This document shows positions 46,287 through 55,981 of a stretch of DNA of 64,000 nucleotides, piece by piece. Within the stretch, counting starts at the first letter, position 1. Every line of letters begins with the position of its first letter. The notes beneath the pieces were generated by a model, which worked only from the letters and a program-made list of their open reading frames with translations, had not been told where the DNA came from and ran no database searches. The stretch is from positions 2,199,977 through 2,263,976 of the forward strand of contig OZ223251.1 in the NCBI GenBank assembly GCA_965140515.1. The letters run 5' to 3'. The stretch is from Bacteriovoracaceae bacterium. Lineage in GTDB: Bacteria > Bdellovibrionota > Bacteriovoracia > Bacteriovoracales > Bacteriovoracaceae. The translations under genes and the position numbers were made by a program.

Positions 46287-47222
46287 TTGGAAACTTTTTA
46301 TTCAACTTTCGAGGCCGTTGCTATTCTTTTTGTTATTGGAGTTTTGGGATTTTCTTTGATCTCGAAAAAAGTTCTACCTCTGGCGGTCTTGTCTGCATTA
46401 TCTCCGCTGCTATTAGAGGTCTCACTTCCAGCGCTTTCATTTGTTAAGGTCGTTCAAAATTTTAATCTAGATCAGGTTGATAAGATTGTTTTGTATCCAG
46501 TCTCTTGGGCCTTATTTACCTTTATTGCTTTTCTGCTTTCACACCTTTTTAAATTGATTGCAAAAAGACAAATCCGCGGAGAGTTTGCAATGTCTCTCTT
46601 TTTTCAAAATGCTGCATTTATCCCATTGATCTTAATCGATCGCCTTTATGGTAAAGATGGTTCTCATCTCGTGAATCTTTTTCTTTTCACAGTGCTCTAT
46701 TCACCTTTTTTCTTTAATTTTTATCACATCTTTTTTGAGGAGAAAGGTGAAGGAATACGTTGGAAAAAAGTATTTCATCCCGTAGTTGTAGCGACCCTAT
46801 TGGCCGTCCTTCTTGTTGTGACAGGACTTAAGAGTTTAACTCCTTCATTTGTCATTGGTGCTCTTGCAATGGTTGGTGGTATGGCAATTCCACTTTTGAT
46901 GATTATTGTTGGTGGAAATATTTATGTAGATTTTCAAAACTCAAAGAAATTTAATTATTTTGAGGTGGCGAAATTCGTATTAGTGAAGAATTTTATCTTT
47001 CCACTTATTGCTATTGGTTTCCTATATCTTTTAAAGTTTGATTATGAGCTCTCACTCATAATATTTTTACAGGCCGCGGTTCCCCCATTGATGGCAATTC
47101 CAATTTTTGCTATTCGAATGAAAAAGAATGTGGCCATTGTTAACCAATACATTCTTGGAAGCTTGGCATTTTCTATTATCTCTATTCCAACAATGTTTGG
47201 ATTATTCGAGCGCTTGTTCTAG
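46287..47222 (+). CDS. AEC-family (auxin-efflux-carrier-like) membrane transporter
   Basis: TTG 46287 follows AAGGAG (5-nt spacer); the ORF track starts at 46185. Polytopic, with a typical AEC N-terminus ...AILFVIGVLGF. Confidence 0.65.
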   Translation: METFYSTFEAVAILFVIGVLGFSLISKKVLPLAVLSALSPLLLEVSLPALSFVKVVQNFNLDQVDKIVLYPVSWALFTFIAFLLSHLFKLIAKRQIRGEFAMSLFFQNAAFIPLILIDRLYGKDGSHLVNLFLFTVLYSPFFFNFYHIFFEEKGEGIRWKKVFHPVVVATLLAVLLVVTGLKSLTPSFVIGALAMVGGMAIPLLMIIVGGNIYVDFQNSKKFNYFEVAKFVLVKNFIFPLIAIGFLYLLKFDYELSLIIFLQAAVPPLMAIPIFAIRMKKNVAIVNQYILGSLAFSIISIPTMFGLFERLF

Positions 47223-47302
47223 ACTAAATAATTTTTGACTGGTTAAATCTTATAAATAATACTACTCTATCTGTGAATACTTTTACGCAGTTGGAGTAAT
47301 TT

Positions 47303-47848
47303 ATGGTTTCTTCTAAGTTCTTCTCTGTTTTCGGTCAAATTGAGCTTGTTGCTCTCATTGTTGTGATTCTCTTTGATGTTCTATCTATATATTTTTTTGC
47401 CAAAAGATATATGCTTGGCTTTGTATTGGTGAGTATGAAGAATATCGATCGTGTTAGGTTACCTATGACGTTTCCTAAAAACGACACTATTATCTCCCAA
47501 GATCTCAAAATTTTTTGGGATCATCATAGCAATAAGATTTGGTTTCGATTGAGATGGCCGTTATTTCTAGTGGCGCCATTTGTTATTGGTAATTGGCACT
47601 TATCAAATGATAGAAGGACAATTATCAAAGAAAATATCAGACTTTCTTATTTTATTCCCGTGGTTATCGCATCTTGTGTTGCTGCAATTTGTTCTTTTTA
47701 CCTGCTAGATAGTATCCTTTACAATGGCCATATCCTGCCGCTGATCATTGCGATGATTTTTTTTGCTTCAAATATTGTATTTATGATTTCTCGCTTAAGA
47801 ATTGCTTCTAGTTTTTGCTTAGAAGAGTTTTCCGAGCTTACGGATTAA
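47303..47848 (+). CDS. Membrane hypothetical protein (181 aa)
   Basis: About 4 hydrophobic helices. No family recognised. Its 3' end overlaps the oleD 3' end by 11 nt. Confidence 0.4.
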   Translation: MVSSKFFSVFGQIELVALIVVILFDVLSIYFFAKRYMLGFVLVSMKNIDRVRLPMTFPKNDTIISQDLKIFWDHHSNKIWFRLRWPLFLVAPFVIGNWHLSNDRRTIIKENIRLSYFIPVVIASCVAAICSFYLLDSILYNGHILPLIIAMIFFASNIVFMISRLRIASSFCLEEFSELTD

Positions 47849-48842
47849 TTGTAGTAAGCTTCTCTTTCATTCTTATGAGTGACTCCTCTATTGATATTTT
47901 AGGATTATGGCCGAAATCATTTTTGGCGTTGGCCAGATTGAAAAAATGGGAAGTGCCAAGCTGAAGTGCAATGAAGCGAGTCATCGGTGGCTCAAATCTC
48001 TTGATCCTAAATATACTGAAGATCACTTCAATCACCGCTCCAACAGAGTATGCGAGCGCCATCGGAACACTTCTTTTGACCATTGGAGCACCAGAAATCT
48101 CTAAAAGTTGATTAATGAACTCCCAACAGTTCACAGGTCTTTCTTGTGCAATAAAGTAGGCCTTCCCCTCATTTTTAGATCCATGAGAAAGAACTTCATA
48201 GGCCTTAATGTGGGAATCAGCTGCGTTATCAACGTAGATAACATCTACTAGGTTCGTTCCTTGGCCAATCATTTTTAATCTTTTCTTTTTTGCTGCAAGT
48301 GTCAATCTCGGAAGTAGGTTTGGATCTTCCTCTCCATAGATTAAATGGGGACGGAGGGAAGTTGTTACAAGTTCTCCCTGTCCATTTGCTTTCATAATTA
48401 GCTTTTCCGCTTCCGCCTTGGTTTCAGCATAAAAAGTTAAAAAATGATCAGGGTACGGAGTAGACTCGTCCACACCTTTAAGGTCTTCTTTACCAAAAAC
48501 AACACTAGGGGTTGAGGTGTAGACTATCTTTTTCACTTTACGATTAATACATGCCTTAATTAGTTGCTCTGTACCTAGAACATTGGTCTTATAGAAGTCT
48601 TCTCTCTTCCCCCACATTCCAACTTTTGAAGCGACGTGAAAGACACCGTCTATCCCTTTTAGCGCATCATAGATTTGCTCGTAGTTAGTGATGTCTCCAC
48701 TAATCGTTTTAATTGGAAGATCTTTGAGTTCTTGATCGATCGTTCTAGAAAATGCAACGACGTAGTAATTTTTCTCTAACAGTTTTTTTACAATTTTTTT
48801 CCCGAGGAAACCTCTTGCCCCAGTTACAAGTACCTTTTCCAT
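47838..48842 (-). CDS. oleD: OleD-type NAD(P)H-dependent reductase (3beta-HSD / extended SDR family)
   Basis: VLVTGARGFLGKK Rossmann motif and 334 aa. Last gene of the A-B-C-D order; its start overlaps the oleC stop by 1 nt. Confidence 0.75.
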   Translation of the reverse strand: MEKVLVTGARGFLGKKIVKKLLEKNYYVVAFSRTIDQELKDLPIKTISGDITNYEQIYDALKGIDGVFHVASKVGMWGKREDFYKTNVLGTEQLIKACINRKVKKIVYTSTPSVVFGKEDLKGVDESTPYPDHFLTFYAETKAEAEKLIMKANGQGELVTTSLRPHLIYGEEDPNLLPRLTLAAKKKRLKMIGQGTNLVDVIYVDNAADSHIKAYEVLSHGSKNEGKAYFIAQERPVNCWEFINQLLEISGAPMVKRSVPMALAYSVGAVIEVIFSIFRIKRFEPPMTRFIALQLGTSHFFNLANAKNDFGHNPKISIEESLIRMKEKLTTINP

Positions 48843-50470
48843 TAGACCTCATTAAAAAAGTCTCTTAGCTTTATTCTATCAATTTTAATATTGTGTCTTA
48901 TATCGACGGGGAAATTTTGATAGTACAAAAAAGTAGAAATCTCTTTGGTATTCTCAGCTTTTGAGCCAAGGGAGAGAAGCTCTTTCTCAAGAGCTTTCTT
49001 TTCTTCTGAAGATATTTTCTTTGTCTTCACCTCGATTACTAGCGTTGGTGCGCCTTTATAATCGATAAGTGCTGTTCGCTTCACTTTTGGGTGTTGGTTA
49101 AAAACTGCTTCGCAACATACTGGGCATAATAATTTTTTACCAATCTCAATTCTATGAGTTTTTCTTCCGCAGAACCAAATACTTCCCTTAGAGTCAAGAT
49201 ACCCTAAGTCTCCAATCCTATGCCAAACTCTTTGACCATCAGCTGTTGTTTCATAAATTTTTGCCAACGCTGTATGTTCTGGTCTCTTATAATACTTATG
49301 AGTGACCACATCACCACTTACTATAATTTCTCCTATTTCCCCCTGTGGAAGCTCTTCTACGTCCCTAAGATCAATAATAACATCATCTGAAATCTTGATG
49401 ATTTTAACTGAGATACTATCTAATGGAGTTCCAACACATGTTCCAAGTCCTTCTAATGTTTTAGGCAGAGTTTCATTTAAAACCTCTGTTCCACTGATGC
49501 AGGAGACTGGAAGAGACTCTGTCGCACCGTATGGCGTATACGTATCTCCGTTGGGTAAAATCTTTCTAAATTTATTGTGAAGAACTCCTGACACGGGCGC
49601 TCCAAACATAACCAGATACTTAATGGTATCGAGGGTCAGATTGTTCTTAATGGCATAGTCTGCGACTCTTTCCCAAATGGCAGGAGAGCCTGCAACAAAT
49701 GTGCCTTTGTTATCTGTAATATTTTTGATGAGGTTTGCGGGATTACATTTACTCGGTTTCGAAGGGTTCATATCTGGAGGACAACTCGTCATTCCCATTG
49801 CTATTGCAAAGAGTGAGAATAGTGGAAATCCTGGGATGTCGACGTCAGCAGGAGTTAGGTTTAAAAGCTTCTGCAAAAGTTCAGTCTGCTCATTAAAAAT
49901 TCGATGAGTGTATACAACTCCTTTTGGTACGCCGGTACCTCCAGAAGTAAATAAAATTGCAGCGGTTTGATCGAGTCCAATTCGCTCAGTCTTGAATGTC
50001 GCATTTTTCTTCTTTGCAATTCCCTTTAATGACTTTGCTTTGCCGAAAGCAAGGTTGCCTGCTGTAATTGATACTTTGATGGTTTTAAAGGGGGCCGATG
50101 ACAGTGTTTTGAATACGAAAACCTCAGGCTCTGCGATCATTGCCTCTGGCCCAACTTCTCTTACCGCACCTAAAAGATTTTTCTTTCCCATCCCTGGGTC
50201 GATCATGATTGGAATTGCACCAAGTTTAAATAGTGCGAAAACTACTGCAGGAAAATTTAGCGAAGGGCGAATAAAGAGTAGGGTTTTCATCCCTTTCTTT
50301 ATGCCGTATTGATTGAAGTAAAACGCGTATTTGTTGGCAAGTAGATCTAGCTCTTCAAAAGATTTCCTTTTGTATTTGTATGAACCATCAAGTTGCTTGT
50401 TGTAAAACCTTATCGCATCTTTTGTAGGAGTTTTGTTTGCCCAATAGGAAAGGCGATCAGCAATATTCAC
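48842..50470 (-). CDS. oleC: OleC-type AMP-dependent ligase (beta-lactone synthetase)
   Basis: TSGGTGVPKG AMP-binding motif and 542 aa. Positioned between the oleB-like and oleD-like genes. Confidence 0.8.
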   Translation of the reverse strand: MNIADRLSYWANKTPTKDAIRFYNKQLDGSYKYKRKSFEELDLLANKYAFYFNQYGIKKGMKTLLFIRPSLNFPAVVFALFKLGAIPIMIDPGMGKKNLLGAVREVGPEAMIAEPEVFVFKTLSSAPFKTIKVSITAGNLAFGKAKSLKGIAKKKNATFKTERIGLDQTAAILFTSGGTGVPKGVVYTHRIFNEQTELLQKLLNLTPADVDIPGFPLFSLFAIAMGMTSCPPDMNPSKPSKCNPANLIKNITDNKGTFVAGSPAIWERVADYAIKNNLTLDTIKYLVMFGAPVSGVLHNKFRKILPNGDTYTPYGATESLPVSCISGTEVLNETLPKTLEGLGTCVGTPLDSISVKIIKISDDVIIDLRDVEELPQGEIGEIIVSGDVVTHKYYKRPEHTALAKIYETTADGQRVWHRIGDLGYLDSKGSIWFCGRKTHRIEIGKKLLCPVCCEAVFNQHPKVKRTALIDYKGAPTLVIEVKTKKISSEEKKALEKELLSLGSKAENTKEISTFLYYQNFPVDIRHNIKIDRIKLRDFFNEV

Positions 50471-51332
50471 GTATTTCTTCTCCTATTACTTCAATTACTT
50501 TTTCTAACTTGTCTTCAATTACGTAGTGTCCTGCATCTTTGAATGACACATTTCTTGCATTTGGGAAAAAATCAAGGAATCGATCTCTAAATTTTGTCGT
50601 AAAACAAAAGTCTTTTTCACCCCAGATTAGAGTCACATCTTTATCATTGATACTTGTAAGACTCTTTTCAACTTCCGCAAGTGTTTTGTATGTTGGATGT
50701 TTTAGTGAAAGTGGAATGTCTTTTACAAAACGAGCAACAGAAATTCTGTCGTTATAATTTTGGTAAGGGAGAAGGTATCCCCTTTTTACCGTCGTTGATA
50801 ATTTCTTAACCGTAGTCATAAAAGTTGCGGGCCATGCAAAAGCATTAAAGGCACGAACTATAAATTCACCAATAATAGGCAGCTTACAGATTGAAATCCT
50901 AAAAGGAATGTCAGTAGAATTAAATGCTGCGGTATTGAGCACAATGATGTTAGACATCAAATCTTTTTTTCTTGCGGCCACTCCAAAACCAATCGCTCCT
51001 CCCCAGTCGTGAACAATAAAAGTCGCCTTATCGATCTTAAGTGAGGCAAGAAGTTCTAATAGGTTCTGGATATGATTTTCAAGAGTATAGTTGTAATCCT
51101 GTGGTTTGTCCGAAAGACCCATACCTATATTATCTGGAGCGACAACTCGATTAGATTTCATAAAGTGCTTGATCAAATTGCGGTAATAAAATGACCATGT
51201 CGGGTTTCCATGGATCATTACGATGGGATGTCCATTCCCTTCATCAACATAGCTCATAGAGTGTCCTGAGCTAAGTTTCATTTTTTTAGGACTAAACGGG
51301 TATTCCTCTTTAATGTCTTCTAGATCTACCAT
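50457..51332 (-). CDS. oleB: OleB-type alpha/beta hydrolase (haloalkane-dehalogenase-like beta-lactone decarboxylase)
   Basis: HGNPTWSFYYRN and VHDWGG (Asp nucleophile), 291 aa. Overlaps oleA by 7 nt and oleC by 14 nt. Confidence 0.8.
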   Translation of the reverse strand: MVDLEDIKEEYPFSPKKMKLSSGHSMSYVDEGNGHPIVMIHGNPTWSFYYRNLIKHFMKSNRVVAPDNIGMGLSDKPQDYNYTLENHIQNLLELLASLKIDKATFIVHDWGGAIGFGVAARKKDLMSNIIVLNTAAFNSTDIPFRISICKLPIIGEFIVRAFNAFAWPATFMTTVKKLSTTVKRGYLLPYQNYNDRISVARFVKDIPLSLKHPTYKTLAEVEKSLTSINDKDVTLIWGEKDFCFTTKFRDRFLDFFPNARNVSFKDAGHYVIEDKLEKVIEVIGEEIREYC

Positions 51333-52357
51333 TTTACCCCCATCATAATTGAACTAAGACCACTACCGATTCCCAAGAGACCAATCAGTTCTCCTTTTTT
51401 CACCTCATTCTTCTCTGCTAAGTCGACAAGGGTTAGTGGAAGTGCAGCGGATCCTGTATTGCCTAGGAATGGGTAGGTATTATGGATCTTATTGGTGTGC
51501 ACCCCAAGGGATTCCATGATGAGCTTCTCGTGGGCCACTCCAACTTGATGTCCTATTATCCAGTCTGGTGTATTATTTTCCCATGAGAGAATTCTCTTAG
51601 TTTTCTCCCATGTTTCTTTCGCTAGCTCTAGCCCTTGGTGCATTAATTCTTCTGAGTCTGTTTCCATCATTAATGCATTTGGATTTCCATCTCCTTGACA
51701 CAATTTTGACGCTTCTGATTTACTCATCGCTCCCGCGCCAATGATTTGAGGTGCATTGGGAGCAAGGTCTTTTTTTGATATCACAAATGCAACGGCACCA
51801 GATCCAATTGTTAAGTTGGCAAAAAACTTCTTTACTGATTTTCTTGTGATTGTTAGATCGGTGAGTAGGTGATTAATCGTTTGGTCAAGAAGAGGCCCCC
51901 CATTTTCTCCAGAAACAATGAGAGCTCTCTCGATTTGACCATTTTCGATCATGTTTGCCGCAACGGTGACAGCGCTTAGAACTCCGAGGCAAGCGTTTGA
52001 TAGGTCGAAAAAAGTGCAGTGAGGAGAGAGCCCAAGATCAGCGTGTACGATGCTCGCTGTGGCCGGCTCGAGAAAGTTGCGACACACAGATGCATGAATC
52101 AGAAGATCAATTTTCTCTGGTGCAATGTTTGCCTTTTTTAGTGCATTTGCGCCAGCGTGAGCTGATAGGGTACTTGGTAGTACACCGCTATCCCAGTGTC
52201 TTCTTTCATTTATACCTGTCATAAGCTCCAATCTTCCGTGGGGAAGCCTGAGCCTTTCGTATAGGTCGTTGAGCCTCTCTTCAATCTGAGAGGACGAAAC
52301 CACTTCATCTGGTAAATATTTTCCAAATGATTCAATTACAACATTAGAAAAATTCAT
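51326..52357 (-). CDS. oleA: OleA-type thiolase (FabH-like head-to-head acyl condensing enzyme)
   Basis: 343 aa. Active-site Cys context DLSNACLGVL, with downstream HQVG and GNTGSAALP. The assignment as OleA rather than FabH rests mainly on the gene order. Confidence 0.8.
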   Translation of the reverse strand: MNFSNVVIESFGKYLPDEVVSSSQIEERLNDLYERLRLPHGRLELMTGINERRHWDSGVLPSTLSAHAGANALKKANIAPEKIDLLIHASVCRNFLEPATASIVHADLGLSPHCTFFDLSNACLGVLSAVTVAANMIENGQIERALIVSGENGGPLLDQTINHLLTDLTITRKSVKKFFANLTIGSGAVAFVISKKDLAPNAPQIIGAGAMSKSEASKLCQGDGNPNALMMETDSEELMHQGLELAKETWEKTKRILSWENNTPDWIIGHQVGVAHEKLIMESLGVHTNKIHNTYPFLGNTGSAALPLTLVDLAEKNEVKKGELIGLLGIGSGLSSIMMGVKW

Positions 52358-53742
52358 TTTAAACCTTTTAGACCATACAGGTTTGAGATTGAAATTCCGC
52401 TGAGCATTGATCCGACAATACCTAGGAACCCTTGGTCAGTACCAATAATGTGCAGCCCTTCTACTTCAGTCCTTCCATCCCTCGCCTTAATTGGTGAGCC
52501 ATAAACTGTTCCACTGAAGTGCCCAGTGTATCGCTTAATTGTCGTAGGGGTGAATACGTCTTTCTGTATCAATTCTGATTTATAGTGAGGATAAATTTTT
52601 TTGAATATATCCATCCCGCTTTCGATTATCTCTTCTTTCTTTGCGCGGTACATTTGCTTGTCTACTGCACGAAGTTCACTGAACCTTTCGAAGTTTGAGA
52701 TAAAAGTGAAACGTATGATTCCTTCAGGATAGTCATCATTGCCATAGTTGTTTGGCATACAGATAACTGCTGAGTTTGGATCATAGAAATCAATTGGCTT
52801 CTGATAGCGGTACTTTGGACCATTGTTATAAAAAACAATAGTGTCATCAATTTCAAAATCTTTTGGCCTATCTTTAAAGCAGAGTATTGTTTCTGAAAAT
52901 GACATCTCTCCAATCTGGTGATCTCTTGCATGTCCCCCTTCAACCATTGTTAAAGTTTCTGGGAGTCCTGCAGAAGAAAATATCATTGGTGCCTCATAAG
53001 TTTCACCAATTGACGTTTTGACTCCGTATGCAGCCCCATCTTTTGTCAATATTTGCTCAACTGTAGAGTTGTATTTTAGAGTTCCACCAAGTTTTGCAAA
53101 TCTTGCCAGTAGGATATCAATTATTTTCCTTACTCCACCTTTGGGTCTAGAGAATCCTTCAAGGTAGATACTTTTAAACATAATCACAAATTGTGATAAA
53201 TCCATGTCATTTGGAAGGGCACTACCATAGATGAGTAGGGGGCATAAAATCATTTCTATGAGATATGGGTCTGATATATATTCTGCAACAACTGGCCTTG
53301 CAGGGGTAAACTTATTTGTTAGGTTCGTTTCATCAAATGTATTGATAAAATTAATTAGGCGATTGAAGCCGTCAACCTCACTTGGGAATTTAACTTCAAT
53401 CTCATTGATTAAAAAATCAATCTCATTTGTGAATTCAAGCGTGTGGTCAGGGAAGTAGATCTTAGATCTATTCTGTGGTGATAATTCTAGTGCATCATAT
53501 GGGATTCTAAGCTGCTTTAAGAGCTTGTTTAGAGGTTTTCCTTTCTCTCCCTTTGCAATGTAATTTGTCATCGCATGGAGTCCCACATCAAAGATTTGGT
53601 TGCCTCTTGTGTAATATGAGTTTAACCCGCCTGGTGCAAAATGCGACTCCAAAATTAAGACCTTCTTGTCATACATTTGGAGTCGGATGCCGGCGGCGAG
53701 TCCACTCATGCCGGCACCAATAATAATAGCATCAAAACTCAT
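52354..53742 (-). CDS. FAD-dependent oxidoreductase of the phytoene-desaturase (CrtI-like) family
   Basis: N-terminal FDAIIIGAGMSGLAAG...ILESHFAPGG and 462 aa. Its stop overlaps the oleA start (4 nt) and its start overlaps the ACP stop (1 nt). Confidence 0.7.
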   Translation of the reverse strand: MSFDAIIIGAGMSGLAAGIRLQMYDKKVLILESHFAPGGLNSYYTRGNQIFDVGLHAMTNYIAKGEKGKPLNKLLKQLRIPYDALELSPQNRSKIYFPDHTLEFTNEIDFLINEIEVKFPSEVDGFNRLINFINTFDETNLTNKFTPARPVVAEYISDPYLIEMILCPLLIYGSALPNDMDLSQFVIMFKSIYLEGFSRPKGGVRKIIDILLARFAKLGGTLKYNSTVEQILTKDGAAYGVKTSIGETYEAPMIFSSAGLPETLTMVEGGHARDHQIGEMSFSETILCFKDRPKDFEIDDTIVFYNNGPKYRYQKPIDFYDPNSAVICMPNNYGNDDYPEGIIRFTFISNFERFSELRAVDKQMYRAKKEEIIESGMDIFKKIYPHYKSELIQKDVFTPTTIKRYTGHFSGTVYGSPIKARDGRTEVEGLHIIGTDQGFLGIVGSMLSGISISNLYGLKGLK

Positions 53743-53993
53743 TAGTTAAACTTAGGAGCTAGATACTCTACACAGCTTTGAAGTGTTGCTAGGTGTGGGT
53801 AATCATCTTGTGGAACTTCTATTTGATGTCTCTTTTTAAGCTCCATAACGATGTCGAGGAAATCCATTGAGTCTAAGTCTAATTGATCTCTTAGTGTAAC
53901 TTCATCTTTAATATCGTCTAGGTCTTCGTCAAGCGCAACATCCGCAATAATATCTAATACGTGTTGTCTTACTTGTTCATTAGTTAGTGCCAT
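53742..53993 (-). CDS. Acyl carrier protein (dedicated)
   Basis: 83 aa, acidic, with the LDLDSMDFLDIV phosphopantetheine-Ser motif. Confidence 0.85.
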   Translation of the reverse strand: MALTNEQVRQHVLDIIADVALDEDLDDIKDEVTLRDQLDLDSMDFLDIVMELKKRHQIEVPQDDYPHLATLQSCVEYLAPKFN

Positions 53994-54017
53994 AATTTTC
54001 TCCTTATAGGTCTTACT

Positions 54018-55250
54018 TTATTCTTCGAATTTTTTTACGATAACAGCAGAGTTAATCCCCAGCATTCCAAATGAATTGTTGAGAATGTATTTAACATCAT
54101 GTTTTTTAGGTTCCTGATATACCAGATTCATCAAATTACATCTCTCATCAATTTCTCCCATTTTTTGGGTAGGGTGAATGAAACCATCTTCAAAACTTGG
54201 AATGTTACCTGCAAGCTCAAGAGCTCCTGCCGCTCCCATGCAATGACCAATTAGGCCTTTTGTTGTATTGATGAATGTATTTTTTGAGTGACCGAAAACA
54301 CTACTTACTGCTTCACACTCAATCACATCTCCTGAAGGTGTTCCTGTTGCATGCATGCTTACAAGGTCAATGTCATCGGCACTTAGTCCTGCTTTAGTAA
54401 GTGCTTTATTCATACACTCGATTTGGCGTTCTGCATTTGGGAGAACAAAGTCAGAAGCATCAGAGTTGATGTGGTACCCCACAATCTCTCCATAAATCTT
54501 TGCTCCACGTTTTTTTGCGTCTTCGTATCTTTCAAGGGTATAAACCGCTCCGCCTTCTGAAACAACAATTCCGTTTCTTTCTTTATCAAGAGGTCTTGAT
54601 GCTAGGAGTGCATCATCATGTGCTCCTAGGGCCCCTTGAGAGCGGAATGCCGCGAAGATCCCGAATGTATGTGCTGATTCAGAAACTCCACCGGCAAGAG
54701 CGATATCAACCTCTCCAAGAGTAAGCATTTGGAGTCCATGGATTAATCCCATATTTCCAGCAGCGCATGCAGCACCAACTGTCATATGTGGACCTGTGAT
54801 TTTTAGGTTGAGTGTAACTTCTCCTGCTGGAGAGTTTGCTACAGTTCTTGGATTGTGATGATGTGACCAAAGTCCAGCATCAAGATTATGAACATTATAA
54901 AGATCATGAATTTCATGTTCTGTTTCAACATTGCCATGCTCTGTAATTCCGAGGTAAACGCCAATTCTTGAACGATCCAGTTCTTCGATATTCAGTCCTG
55001 CAGAGTTGAGGGCCTCATTTGCGCAATAAATTGAAATTGCTCCGGCACGGGTTCCTCTCTTTCTCATCTTTTTCTTTTGGTATTTACTTTCATCAAAGTC
55101 ACAAAGCCCTGCGGCAACCTTTCCTACGTGTCTCATTTCTACGTGAGAAATCCCCGACTTTTGTTCGAGTAATGAATTACGGAATTCCTCAATAGAGTTT
55201 CCGTTTGGAGCAGTAAGCCCAATACCTGTTATTACAATTCTTTGTCTCAT
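54018..55250 (-). CDS. fabF: Beta-ketoacyl-ACP synthase I/II (elongating KAS)
   Basis: IVITGIGLTAPNG, active-site Cys in VGAACAAG, and His contexts HATGTPSGD and GHCMGAAG. Confidence 0.85.
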   Translation of the reverse strand: MRQRIVITGIGLTAPNGNSIEEFRNSLLEQKSGISHVEMRHVGKVAAGLCDFDESKYQKKKMRKRGTRAGAISIYCANEALNSAGLNIEELDRSRIGVYLGITEHGNVETEHEIHDLYNVHNLDAGLWSHHHNPRTVANSPAGEVTLNLKITGPHMTVGAACAAGNMGLIHGLQMLTLGEVDIALAGGVSESAHTFGIFAAFRSQGALGAHDDALLASRPLDKERNGIVVSEGGAVYTLERYEDAKKRGAKIYGEIVGYHINSDASDFVLPNAERQIECMNKALTKAGLSADDIDLVSMHATGTPSGDVIECEAVSSVFGHSKNTFINTTKGLIGHCMGAAGALELAGNIPSFEDGFIHPTQKMGEIDERCNLMNLVYQEPKKHDVKYILNNSFGMLGINSAVIVKKFEE

Positions 55251-55885
55251 TTTGTTTCCCCAGTAAATTTCAAAATACCATCTTTAATTCTTCCTGCAAT
55301 ATTTGTTGCAATTGCATGAGGTAGATTGGTATCTTTGCTGTCGGCCAAGAAGCCAAGCATATCTTTAAAACGTTTACTAATTTTTTTATAGCTGTAATTG
55401 TCGCCATAGGATGTGATGTGGATGAGGAAATTAATCATAGATTCCCCAAGCTCTGTGGCCAACATTATAGACTCTAATCTTTTACTTCTCGTTGAGCCTT
55501 GTTCTGATTCCTTTTCTTTTAAAACTCGTTCGGCCATGAGGTGGATTTCTTCAATGTGTTGTAACTCTCGTTTTCTAAAAACAGATGCCACAATAGCAAG
55601 ACCGTCATCCTTTGCTTTATGAAGCTTTGTTCTTGTTCCTCTTTGCTCAACAGATTCTACAGCACCATACATATCTAGTTTTTTAATTGATTGACTGACG
55701 GCACTTTGAGAAATTTCGAGAATGCTTTGAATCTCTTCTGAGGAGACCGGTCTCTTTGAGAGAACAAGCAGTCCAAAAATAGCGCCATCAATTTTCTTAA
55801 AACCAAAACGGCTTAGAAAATTCTCAAAGACGGTGAGTTCACCAAGAAGCTCGGGCTCTATGGGTGAGTCATTTGTGTTAGTCAT
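55247..55885 (-). CDS. Winged-helix transcriptional regulator (MarR/GbsR-like)
   Basis: GAIFGLLVLSKRPVSSEEIQSILEISQSAVSQSIKKLDMYGAVESV... looks like a wHTH. First gene of the operon; its stop overlaps the KAS start (ATGA). Confidence 0.55.
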   Translation of the reverse strand: MTNTNDSPIEPELLGELTVFENFLSRFGFKKIDGAIFGLLVLSKRPVSSEEIQSILEISQSAVSQSIKKLDMYGAVESVEQRGTRTKLHKAKDDGLAIVASVFRKRELQHIEEIHLMAERVLKEKESEQGSTRSKRLESIMLATELGESMINFLIHITSYGDNYSYKKISKRFKDMLGFLADSKDTNLPHAIATNIAGRIKDGILKFTGETK

Positions 55886-55907
55886 ATTTCAATCGGTTAA
55901 CCTCTAT

Positions 55908-55923
55908 ATTACAAAATTGTAAT
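55908..55923. promoter_or_regulatory. Inverted repeat; candidate operator
   Basis: ATTACAA-aa-TTGTAAT lies 23 nt upstream of the regulator start codon. It is followed by a second AT-only inverted repeat, AATATATA-aaa-TATATATT (55921-55939). Confidence 0.35.
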
Positions 55924-55952
55924 ATATAAAATATATATTCAAAGTGTTTAAT

Positions 55953-55981
55953 ATTTAAAATTTTTAAATATCTATTGTCAA
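55953..55981 (-). promoter_or_regulatory. Sigma70-type promoter candidate for the regulator-KAS-ACP-ole operon
   Basis: On the minus strand: TTGACA (55981-55976), a 17-nt spacer, then TTAAAT (55958-55953). Confidence 0.4.

Noticed and set aside
53742-55250. KAS plus ACP considered as part of an aryl-polyene or polyketide cluster
   Set aside because: There are no dehydratase, ketoreductase, chain-length-factor or thioesterase genes adjacent. The genes are translationally linked to an OleABCD set instead, which explains them better.
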